Program-made: the position numbers and the translations under genes
Notes under the pieces: generated by a model
Told to the model about the DNA's origin: nothing
What the model saw: the letters and a program-made list of their open reading frames with translations, nothing else
Database searches by the model: none
NCBI GenBank assembly: GCA_038226395.1
Contig: JBBRQM010000004.1
Coordinates: 5,243 to 69,242 of the forward strand
From: Pyrinomonadales bacterium
GTDB taxonomy: Bacteria; Acidobacteriota; Blastocatellia; Pyrinomonadales; Pyrinomonadaceae
DNA length: 64,000 bases
Reading direction: 5' to 3'
Part shown: positions 1 to 7,554 of the stretch, piece by piece
How the letters are laid out: every line of letters begins with the position of its first letter
Numbering within the stretch: position 1 is the first letter of the stretch

Positions 1-2219
1 CGATCTTTACGGTTAGAAAGCGTGTGGATCGCCCGAGAAACAAGCTCTTTACCCGTACCCGACTCGCCAGTGACGAGAACGGTAACATCAGACGAGCGTA
101 TCTTGTAAACTTCCTCGACCAGAGCGGTCATCGCCGTTGACGAATGGATAAATCCCGGCATCAGGCTGCTCGATGTGTAGGGGCTCGATTCCTGTTCGGC
201 GGGCTGCGACCGGTCGCGTGCGCGGAGCGCGATGACATCCATTCCAAGCTCGACCACGCGAAGCAGCGGAGCGAGCGAGCTGTCATCGCTCAAAACGGCC
301 CCTGACTGCGGGCCGATCAGCAACACGGCGGGCGGAGCCGCTGATCCGCGCAAATTAAAAACGGCTATATTTTTTGTGCGGCAAAATGTCTTTTCATTCG
401 CCCCGGCCTGGGCCTCGTTTAGCCTGGTGACCAGCTCGTTGCTTTCCTGCGGGGAATAACCATGCGTGATGAACGGGTAAAGGCGTTTTTGATCGTTCAT
501 TTGGGCGATGACGATCTTTTTTGCGTTGCTCTCCTGCTGAAGAACGGCTACCAGCTCGCGAAAAAGCAGCTCGCGCGAGGCCGTAGCCTCAGCCAAACGG
601 ACGGTCAGGAGCTGCGAAACTATCGAATTAGAACGGTTGCGGCCCGAACTCGCCGGTGTCTTGCGGGCGTTGCTTTCGACTCGCTTGAGTTCGTGGGCCG
701 CGGTATCGACATATGACTTAATGCCGAGTTTGCCAAACATATCGGCGGCGGATGTCAGGTGTTTCATTGCCCGCGACGATTGGTCCGAACGCAGATTGGC
801 TCCGATCAGATAATTTAAGAGCGCCGTGTGATACATGTCTTCAGCCGCCTCAAAAATGGTCAGCGCCCGGCTGAAATGATGTATTGCCAACTCGGCGTCA
901 TCGTCCTCGATCGCTGCAAGGCCGCGTATCCGCTGGATATTGCCCAAAACAAAAAAATCGGCTGACGGATCGGTCTCCTCGATCCCTCTTAGCGAATTTT
1001 CGCCAGCTTCGATATCGCCCTGCTGCACTAAGCTTTCGGCGAGCACCAGACCGGCCATATTTGCATAATGTTTGTCGCCGATCTCGCCGGAAAGTTTTAT
1101 CGTTTCGCGGGCCTTGTCTATGGCTTTTTTTGTATTCCCCTCTGCCAGATAGCAACGGGCGAGATTACGCATCGACTGCACCGCATACCACTTGCGTTTT
1201 TTCTCATGAGCAATTCCTACTGCCCTTTCCAGAAGCTCCTTTGCTTCATCCAGTTCGCCTCGCAGTATCTTTAGCTCGCCGAGCGAATCAAGAATACCGG
1301 CGATATGTAGATGGTCGTGCTTGACCGCGATATCGAGCGCGCGGCGGATCATTTCCTCGGCTTTTGTCCAGTCGCCGATGAGCATCAGATTGATGCCGAG
1401 ATTGTTATAAGCGACGACGGAATTGAGGACATGCTCGGTCTGGTCAAAAAACTGGATCGATTTTTCGAGACATGCGATGCCTTCCTGCGGCCGCCTCAGG
1501 AACCAATATGCGCCCGACATATCGGTATAGAGCTTGCCGAGCATAAAGGGCGCCGAATTGCCGCCGATGATCTGGATGCCGAGCTCAAAATACTCGAGAG
1601 CCTTTTCGCTGTTGCCCTCCTGATGATAGCTGTTGGCGATCTCGCGATAGGCCTCAGCCATGCCCAGCCAATCGCCGTTTTCACGAAAATGATCGAGCGC
1701 TTTTTCGGCGTAACCGCGGCCGATCGGAAACTCGTTGAGACGCCGATACACTCGCGCAAGGGCGCTATTGACGCTGCCATAGAGAGGGCGAAGATCATTT
1801 TCTTCGGCCTTTTGCAGCGTTTCCTTGAGCAAGGTGACGGCCTTTGGTTGATCGGTCAGATTGTTGTAAGCGATGGCAAGCTGAGTCGTTATGCGTACCT
1901 GAGTTTCGAGCGAGAGCCCGGCGAGATACTCTTCGTCCTCAAACATCTCGACGGCCTCGAGAGATTCCTTAGCACGTCCGGCAGTCTCGAATGTAAATGA
2001 AAGCAGCCGCTTTAAATGGGCAAAATTATCAGGCGTATGCGAATAATCCGCGATCGTTTTTACAAGGATCTTTTCGGCCTCACCCGAGAGACCGTCTCTC
2101 AACTTTTGACCGACGCCCGAAAAGATCATGTCGATCCGCTCTGCCGAGATCGATGGCGCCGCAGGACGAGCCTTTGCCGCCCTCGACGCAGTGTCAGTGG
2201 AACTTTGCTTATTTTTCAT
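1..2219 (-). CDS. sigma-54-dependent transcriptional activator (N-terminal TPR repeats, central GAF-like region, start of AAA+ domain); 3' end runs off the window
   Basis: Absent from the ORF track because it has no stop in the window. My translation of the minus strand from the ATG (complement of 2217-2219) stays open to position 1 (MKNKQSSTD...). The last residues, VLVTGESGTGKELVSRAIH, match the Walker A of NtrC-family sigma-54 activators. About 450 aa upstream look like degenerate TPR repeats. Confidence 0.8.
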   Translation of the reverse strand, partial: MKNKQSSTDTASRAAKARPAAPSISAERIDMIFSGVGQKLRDGLSGEAEKILVKTIADYSHTPDNFAHLKRLLSFTFETAGRAKESLEAVEMFEDEEYLAGLSLETQVRITTQLAIAYNNLTDQPKAVTLLKETLQKAEENDLRPLYGSVNSALARVYRRLNEFPIGRGYAEKALDHFRENGDWLGMAEAYREIANSYHQEGNSEKALEYFELGIQIIGGNSAPFMLGKLYTDMSGAYWFLRRPQEGIACLEKSIQFFDQTEHVLNSVVAYNNLGINLMLIGDWTKAEEMIRRALDIAVKHDHLHIAGILDSLGELKILRGELDEAKELLERAVGIAHEKKRKWYAVQSMRNLARCYLAEGNTKKAIDKARETIKLSGEIGDKHYANMAGLVLAESLVQQGDIEAGENSLRGIEETDPSADFFVLGNIQRIRGLAAIEDDDAELAIHHFSRALTIFEAAEDMYHTALLNYLIGANLRSDQSSRAMKHLTSAADMFGKLGIKSYVDTAAHELKRVESNARKTPASSGRNRSNSIVSQLLTVRLAEATASRELLFRELVAVLQQESNAKKIVIAQMNDQKRLYPFITHGYSPQESNELVTRLNEAQAGANEKTFCRTKNIAVFNLRGSAAPPAVLLIGPQSGAVLSDDSSLAPLLRVVELGMDVIALRARDRSQPAEQESSPYTSSSLMPGFIHSSTAMTALVEEVYKIRSSDVTVLVTGESGTGKELVSRAIHTLSNRKD

Positions 2220-2375
2220 CTTTTCGTAGCAAACAAAACGGCTAATCGATACAGGATTTCAATTCCCGTTTGACCAAAATTTTTTTGATTGCATACTTAG
2301 TAAACAGCGCACTTGAAATTTAGCAGAAAAAAATCTGATCGTCTACAATTATTATGCATTCCACTACAAAAATAA

Positions 2376-2403
2376 TTGACCCATCAACGAAATTGTGTAG
2401 GAT
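2376..2403 (+). promoter_or_regulatory. candidate sigma-70 promoter for the 2509 gene (TTGACC, 16 nt, TAGGAT)
   Basis: Hexamers read directly at 2376-2381 and 2398-2403. There is no other support. Confidence 0.3.
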
Positions 2404-2508
2404 GGCATCAAATGCATTTCCCGCATTGAGAAAGGGCGGGGGCGAATAACGCTTTGTTAACTTAGGCGGGAACGAATAGTAATGTAATATATCCGTTGCC
2501 GATCAAAA

Positions 2509-5500
2509 ATGTCTGACGAGAAACTTAATAAAAAGCCAACTAACCGCAAAGGCCCTGTATTTTTGGATACAAAAGGGCGGCGTGGGTATTTCACTACATA
2601 CGGCGGGATCGCCTTTGCTACCGGCGTGACGGTGCTGCTTGGCCTTTTTGTCGTCAGCGTGTTGATCAATCCGTTTCTGCCGCAGATCAAATTGAAATCC
2701 ATCTCAGTGCCTCCTCAGCAGACTGATCTGCCCGGTCATGTACCCGTTTTGCCAATTCCCGTTTTGCCAACTCTAAAAAAAACCGATCCTATTCTTAAGG
2801 AAACAACCGATAAGGCAAAATCCGAGCAAAAAAAGCGTGAAGATGCCCGCAATCAGGCTCTCATGATCAGAGAATCGAGGATCGGTGCCATTACAGCGCC
2901 GACGCCGACAAACGGGCGACCGTTATCAATCGGTTTTTTTGTTAATTGGGACGATTCGAGCCTGGCCTCGTTAAAACATAATATTCAAGGCATGGACTGG
3001 CTTGTGCCGGAATGGATACGGCTCTCTGGCGACGCCAAAAACCCGCTCGTTTTGGATATTGATGACGACGCGCTGGATCTTATCAGCACGCAAAAGCCAA
3101 CCATGCCGGTGCTGCCTCTGCTGCAAAACTATAAGAATGAAAAGTGGAATTCTGAGATATTAGTTAATTCGATATCGACGCCGGATACCCGACGACAATT
3201 GATCAATTCTCTTTTGGAGACGATCGATAAGTATAAATTTGGCGGCCTCACGATCGATATCGAAGAAGTTCCGGAAAGCTCGCAAATGAACCTGTTAAAG
3301 TTTATGCAGGAGCTGCATGCCGAATTTCAGACCCGCAAACTTGTCCTGGCACAAGCTGTTCCCTTCGATAATCCCGACTGGAACTATGTCGCTTATTCAA
3401 ACGTTACTGATTATTTGATGCTGATGGCCTACGACCAGCACTGGTCAACCGGAGAATCCGGCCCTATCGCCAGCCAGGATTGGTATGACGCGATCCTGAA
3501 AAAGCGGATGGCCGAACTTTCGCCCTCAAAGACCATAATTTGTTTTGGTAATTATGGTTACAATTGGGCCAATGATAAATCGGAGGGCGAAACCGTTACA
3601 TTTCAGGATGCCCTTGTTATTGCCAAGGATTCTCTGGAAAGCCCTGCGGCCATAAAATTTGACCCGGCTTCGAAAAATCCATTTTTCACATACGAGGAGG
3701 ATGATGGCAAAAAGCACTCGGTTTGGTTTCTCGACGCTGTCACGGCCTTTAATCAACTCCAGAGCGCCAAACCATACAATGTTGCCGGGTTTGCGCTATG
3801 GCGTCTTGGCAGCGAAGACCCGTCTTTATGGAGCGTATTCGGCTCTCAGGATCGCTCCGTTTCGGCCGGCGATCTGCAAACTATAAAATACGGTTACGAC
3901 GTAGATTTTGTAGGCACCGGCGAGATATTACAGGTGGTCGCCCAGCCGCAGGACGGAATGCGTGACCTGACACTTGCAGACAATGGCAGCGTCACGGATC
4001 AGGTATATCGTCAAATACCCTCGTCATACGTGATACAGAGAACGGGCGACAAGGTGGGCAAGATAGTGCTGACCTTCGATGACGGCCCCGATCCGGTGTG
4101 GACACCGAAGATTCTCGACATCTTGAAACAAGAGCACGTAAAAGCGGCATTTTTTATAGTCGGAGAAAACGGTCAGGCAAACCCTGAGATCGTTAAACGG
4201 ATTGTTACGGACGGGCATGAGATAGGCAACCACTCGTTTACGCATCCCAATCTCGGGGAAGTGCCCCGCCAGATAACGGACTTGGAGCTGAACGCTACCC
4301 AGCGTCTGATCGAATCGCTCACCGGGCGTTCGACTCGTCTTTTCCGGGCGCCGTATTTTGGTGACGCCGAGCCGCGCACCCCGGACGAAGTAAATCCGAC
4401 CGTGCAGGCACAAAATCTCGGATATATCTCGGTCGGACTGCATCTCGATCCTGACGATTGGAAATTAAAGAACGAGGACGGCTCGCCCCACTCGGCTGAT
4501 CAGATGGTGAGTGACATACTCACACAGGTAGCTATCACGACGCCGGAAGAGCGCGGCAATATCGTGTTGCTGCATGACAGCGGAGGCGATCGCTCGGCGA
4601 CGATTGAGGCATTGCCAAAGATTATTCATGAGTTACGTTCCCGTGGCTACGCATTCACATCAATCGCCGATCTCGCCAATATGACACCCGAACAGGCGAT
4701 GCCGCCGGTGTCCGAGGACCGGTCGTTTTACACGCGGACTGATTCTTGGGTTTTCTACGGTATCTCGATCCTGGGTTGGCTAATGCGCTGGCTTTTTCTG
4801 ATCGGCATTGTTCTGGGACTTGGCCGTATGGCAGTAATCGGCGTTTTGGCATTTACCCAATATGTGCGATCGCGGCGGCGCGAAGAGGAGCATTTTGGCG
4901 AAGGTTTCGAGCCGCTGGTGTCGGTCGTTGTTCCGGCGTTTAACGAGGAACGCGTAATCGTCCGCACGATTGAGAGCCTGCTGGCGTCAGACTATGCCAA
5001 ATTTGAGATCATCGTCGTCGATGACGGCTCAACCGACGACACACTGAACACAATTAAAATGCGATTTGCTGACGAAGAGCGCATATCGATCTACCACAAA
5101 GAAAACGGCGGCAAGGCCGAGGCATTAAATTTGGGCTGCCTAAAGGCGAACGGCTCGATCATCATCGCCCTCGACGCCGATACGATGTTTACCAGGCAGA
5201 CGATCTCGGCGCTTGCTCACCGTTTTGCCGACGAGCATATCGGAGCCATAGCCGGCAACGCCAAAGTCGGTAACCGGATCAATATTGTTACAAAATGGCA
5301 GGCGCTCGAATATGTGACATCGCAAAATTTTGATCGTCGAGCTTTCGCCTCGCTCAACTGCATAACGGTCGTTCCCGGCTCGGTCGGAGCTTGGCGGCGG
5401 TCTGTGCTCGAAGAGGCCGGCGGATTCTCGTCCGATACGCTTGCCGAGGATCAGGATCTGACGATCCAGGTTCGTAAACTTGGCTATAAGATAGGCTATG

Positions 5501-6033
5501 AGGAAGATGCTGTAGGCCTGACCGAGGCCCCTGATAGTCTGCGAAATCTCGCCAAACAGCGTTTCCGATGGTCATACGGCACACTACAGTGCATGTGGAA
5601 GCATAAGAACGCGCTGCTCAACCCTAAATATGGCACCCTCGGCTTTGTCGCTATGCCTAATGTATGGATATTTCAGGTTTTTTTCCCGCTGATCTCGCCG
5701 TTTATGGATCTGATGTTTGTCTGGACGCTCCTTGGTGCACTGATCGGCTATCTCGAACATCAGCAGGAATACGCCCACACGCCAACCAACCTGAACCAGG
5801 TAATTTTTTATTACGCTTTGTTTTTGGCGGTTGACTGGTTCGGTGCATTTGCCGCTTTTATGATGGAAAAAGGCGAGCAAAAGCGGCTGCTTGGCTGGCT
5901 TGTGATCCAACGTTTTGGCTACCGCCAGGTGATGTATTGGGTGATGGTCAAATCGGTCTATACGGCAATCCGTGGAGCGGTCGTCGGCTGGGGCAAACTC
6001 GAACGAAAGGCTACGGTCGTGGCCCGTGTATAA
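2509..6033 (+). CDS. fused GH18-like / CE4 polysaccharide deacetylase / GT2 processive glycan synthase (PNAG- or chitin-like exopolysaccharide machine)
   Basis: 1174-aa ORF with an N-terminal TM helix. GH18-like motifs FGGLTIDIEE and LMLMAYDQHW. NodB/CE4 motifs TFDDGPD, GNHSFTHP and LFRAPYF. GT2 motifs VVVPAFNEE, VDDGSTD, LDADT and QRFRWSYG (QxxRW), followed by C-terminal TM helices. Confidence 0.85.
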   Translation: MSDEKLNKKPTNRKGPVFLDTKGRRGYFTTYGGIAFATGVTVLLGLFVVSVLINPFLPQIKLKSISVPPQQTDLPGHVPVLPIPVLPTLKKTDPILKETTDKAKSEQKKREDARNQALMIRESRIGAITAPTPTNGRPLSIGFFVNWDDSSLASLKHNIQGMDWLVPEWIRLSGDAKNPLVLDIDDDALDLISTQKPTMPVLPLLQNYKNEKWNSEILVNSISTPDTRRQLINSLLETIDKYKFGGLTIDIEEVPESSQMNLLKFMQELHAEFQTRKLVLAQAVPFDNPDWNYVAYSNVTDYLMLMAYDQHWSTGESGPIASQDWYDAILKKRMAELSPSKTIICFGNYGYNWANDKSEGETVTFQDALVIAKDSLESPAAIKFDPASKNPFFTYEEDDGKKHSVWFLDAVTAFNQLQSAKPYNVAGFALWRLGSEDPSLWSVFGSQDRSVSAGDLQTIKYGYDVDFVGTGEILQVVAQPQDGMRDLTLADNGSVTDQVYRQIPSSYVIQRTGDKVGKIVLTFDDGPDPVWTPKILDILKQEHVKAAFFIVGENGQANPEIVKRIVTDGHEIGNHSFTHPNLGEVPRQITDLELNATQRLIESLTGRSTRLFRAPYFGDAEPRTPDEVNPTVQAQNLGYISVGLHLDPDDWKLKNEDGSPHSADQMVSDILTQVAITTPEERGNIVLLHDSGGDRSATIEALPKIIHELRSRGYAFTSIADLANMTPEQAMPPVSEDRSFYTRTDSWVFYGISILGWLMRWLFLIGIVLGLGRMAVIGVLAFTQYVRSRRREEEHFGEGFEPLVSVVVPAFNEERVIVRTIESLLASDYAKFEIIVVDDGSTDDTLNTIKMRFADEERISIYHKENGGKAEALNLGCLKANGSIIIALDADTMFTRQTISALAHRFADEHIGAIAGNAKVGNRINIVTKWQALEYVTSQNFDRRAFASLNCITVVPGSVGAWRRSVLEEAGGFSSDTLAEDQDLTIQVRKLGYKIGYEEDAVGLTEAPDSLRNLAKQRFRWSYGTLQCMWKHKNALLNPKYGTLGFVAMPNVWIFQVFFPLISPFMDLMFVWTLLGALIGYLEHQQEYAHTPTNLNQVIFYYALFLAVDWFGAFAAFMMEKGEQKRLLGWLVIQRFGYRQVMYWVMVKSVYTAIRGAVVGWGKLERKATVVARV

Positions 6034-6065
6034 TTACTTTACTGTAAGATCTAACAGGATTTTTC

Positions 6066-6133
6066 ACCACAGAGAACACAGAGTTAAGAAATATTTGTTT
6101 ATGAATCTCTGTGTTCTCCGTGTCCTCTGTGGT
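6066..6133. repeat. word-hairpin element (arms ACCACAGAGAACACAGAG / CTCTGTGTTCTCCGTGTCCTCTGTGGT)
   Basis: Inverted repeat read directly between the synthase stop (6033) and the clpS start (6145). Each arm is built from CACAGAG-like words. Confidence 0.75.
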
Positions 6134-6144
6134 TAAATTATTCC

Positions 6145-6456
6145 ATGCCCGAATTTCCCGACATAGACGGCGACGTAATGACCGAGAGCGAGACCAAGCT
6201 CGAAAAGCCAAAGCTCTTTAAAGTCCTACTGCACAACGATGATTTTACGACGATGGAATTTGTCGTTTTTGTCCTGCAATACGTCTTTAACCGCGATGAT
6301 GCAGAGGCGTTCACGATTATGCTAAAAGTCCACAACGAGGGCCTCGGCATCGCCGGCATCTACCCATACGAGATCGCCAATATGAAATCCGAAAAGGCAA
6401 TAAACCTCGCCAAAGCAAGCGAATATCCGCTGCTCTGCACGGTGGAGGAGGAATAA
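6145..6456 (+). CDS. clpS: ATP-dependent Clp protease adaptor ClpS
   Basis: 103 aa. KLFKVLLHNDDFTTMEFVVFVLQYVF...EAFTIMLKVHNEG is the conserved ClpS core. No clpA follows. Confidence 0.9.
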   Translation: MPEFPDIDGDVMTESETKLEKPKLFKVLLHNDDFTTMEFVVFVLQYVFNRDDAEAFTIMLKVHNEGLGIAGIYPYEIANMKSEKAINLAKASEYPLLCTVEEE

Positions 6457-6458
6457 TG

Positions 6459-6507
6459 TTGAGATTTGTATTTTAAAGTGGCATAATGTGGTGTGGCATT
6501 TTGCCAC
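6459..6507 (+). promoter_or_regulatory. candidate TA promoter/operator (TTGAGA, 17 nt, CATAAT; three GTGGCA half-sites)
   Basis: TTGAGA at 6459-6464 and CATAAT at 6482-6487. GTGGCA at 6478 and 6493, and TGCCAC at 6502, so GTGGCA-TTT-TGCCAC forms an inverted repeat at 6493-6507, just before the antitoxin start. Confidence 0.45.
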
Positions 6508-6509
6508 GT

Positions 6510-6839
6510 ATGGGTATTATGGCCATCGTAAAAGAAAGAAAAGCAAAAGAACAAGGCCGATTAAATGTCCGGCTTTCACCGGAAATTAAGGCGCGTATCA
6601 CTCGTGCCGCCAAGATCCTTGATCAAGACCTAACCGAATTTGCTGTTGCCGCATTAAACGAAAAAGCAGAAGAGATCATAGAAAAGCACGAACAGGTTGT
6701 CTTATCCCCCGAGGAATATAAGTTCTTTCTCGATGCGTTGGACGAACGGGCACAAGAGCCATCGGATTATTCTTTAAGAGCTCTTGAAAGCTATCGTCGC
6801 GGCGTTCGAAATGGGGTGAGGTATGAATTTACGGATTGA
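6510..6839 (+). CDS. DUF1778 (TacA-like, ribbon-helix-helix) antitoxin
   Basis: RLNVRLSPEIKARITRAAKILDQDLTEFAVAAL is typical of DUF1778 antitoxins. It overlaps the downstream GNAT gene by 17 nt. The start could be 6486, 6510 or 6519; 6486 lies in the operator, so a later ATG is preferred. Confidence 0.8.
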   Translation: MGIMAIVKERKAKEQGRLNVRLSPEIKARITRAAKILDQDLTEFAVAALNEKAEEIIEKHEQVVLSPEEYKFFLDALDERAQEPSDYSLRALESYRRGVRNGVRYEFTD

Positions 6840-7320
6840 GCCGCTTACCCGTGAGCATGACCGTAACGGTTTTGATTGTTCTGACGAAAGCATTAATCTG
6901 TTTTTACGTGAAAAAGCAATGCAGGACCAACGGCTCGATTTGAGCCGGACCATGGTTTTGGTTAAAACTGGAGAAAACGCCCGCCGAGTAATCGGATATC
7001 ACACCATGTTGATCTCACAGGTGCAGCAGGAAGAGATTCCAGATGATCGGCCTAAAATCACTCGCGACATACCTGTTATTATGCTTGGTCAGATCGGCAT
7101 CGATGTGAATTTTCAAGGAAAAGGTTTCGGCGAGCGACTCATGCTTGACGTACAAGAAAGAGTCTCTGAAATTTCACAGATGGTCGGCGTCCGTGCCCTA
7201 ATGCTCGCGGCAAGAACGGAGAGTCTAGCTGGCTGGTACCAAAAGCATGATTTTTTGACATATCCCGGTTCTCTTAGAATGTTTAAGAGTATTCAGACGA
7301 TTAGAAAATTTCTTGGATAA
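6823..7320 (+). CDS. GNAT acetyltransferase toxin (TacT-like)
   Basis: 165 aa. GFDCSDESINLFLREKA and the acetyl-CoA loop QGKGFGERLM are present. It is paired with, and overlaps, a DUF1778 gene. Confidence 0.8.
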   Translation: MNLRIEPLTREHDRNGFDCSDESINLFLREKAMQDQRLDLSRTMVLVKTGENARRVIGYHTMLISQVQQEEIPDDRPKITRDIPVIMLGQIGIDVNFQGKGFGERLMLDVQERVSEISQMVGVRALMLAARTESLAGWYQKHDFLTYPGSLRMFKSIQTIRKFLG

Positions 7321-7376
7321 TCAGTAAACTGTAGAAGGCTTTGCAGGGCCGAGGGTGTGATAGCATCATATTTGGT

Positions 7377-7430
7377 ATGTATTACTATTTCATAATTAGC
7401 ATTATTACCATCAGGGACTTTGCTCCGTAG
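7377..7430 (+). promoter_or_regulatory. candidate Ile-rich leader peptide ORF (MYYYFIISIITIRDFAP*)
   Basis: 17-codon ORF read directly, with 5 Ile codons (ATA ATT, ATT ATT, ATC). It lies between the TA operon and ileS and is followed by a terminator. There is no clear SD and the context is AT-rich. Confidence 0.35.
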
Positions 7431-7464
7431 AGAGCCGAGCCAAAGTAGAACTTTGATTCGAAAC

Positions 7465-7503
7465 AGTCCCAAGCCGAAAACACGAGGCTTGGGGCTTTTT
7501 CTT
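7465..7503 (+). terminator. rho-independent terminator 52 nt upstream of ileS
   Basis: AGTCCCAAGCC (7465-7475) pairs with GGCTTGGGGCT (7486-7496) with one G-U pair, a 10-nt loop, and then TTTTTCTT. Confidence 0.7.
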
Positions 7504-7554
7504 GTTAAGGAAATAAATTTTCCGGCGTGGTAATATCTAATCTTTTATACGGTA

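Noticed and set aside
1311-2000. 229-aa plus-strand ORF (and other short ORFs at 232-2273) at the window start
   Set aside because: They lie antisense to the continuous 2219-nt minus-strand frame encoding the TPR/sigma-54 activator, which has a clear Walker A. They are shadow ORFs.
2403-2416. TGGCAT...TGCA sequences resembling sigma-54 promoters (also at 18049-18059 and 6495-6505)
   Set aside because: The GG to GC spacing is 6-8 nt rather than the required 10 nt. The 6495 site is better explained as a TA operator palindrome.
7321-7503. T-box riboswitch upstream of ileS
   Set aside because: There is no T-box consensus (no GGUGG/UGGUACC-like antiterminator bulge to pair with the tRNA NCCA end) and no recognisable Stem I specifier loop. 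The leader is also too short.
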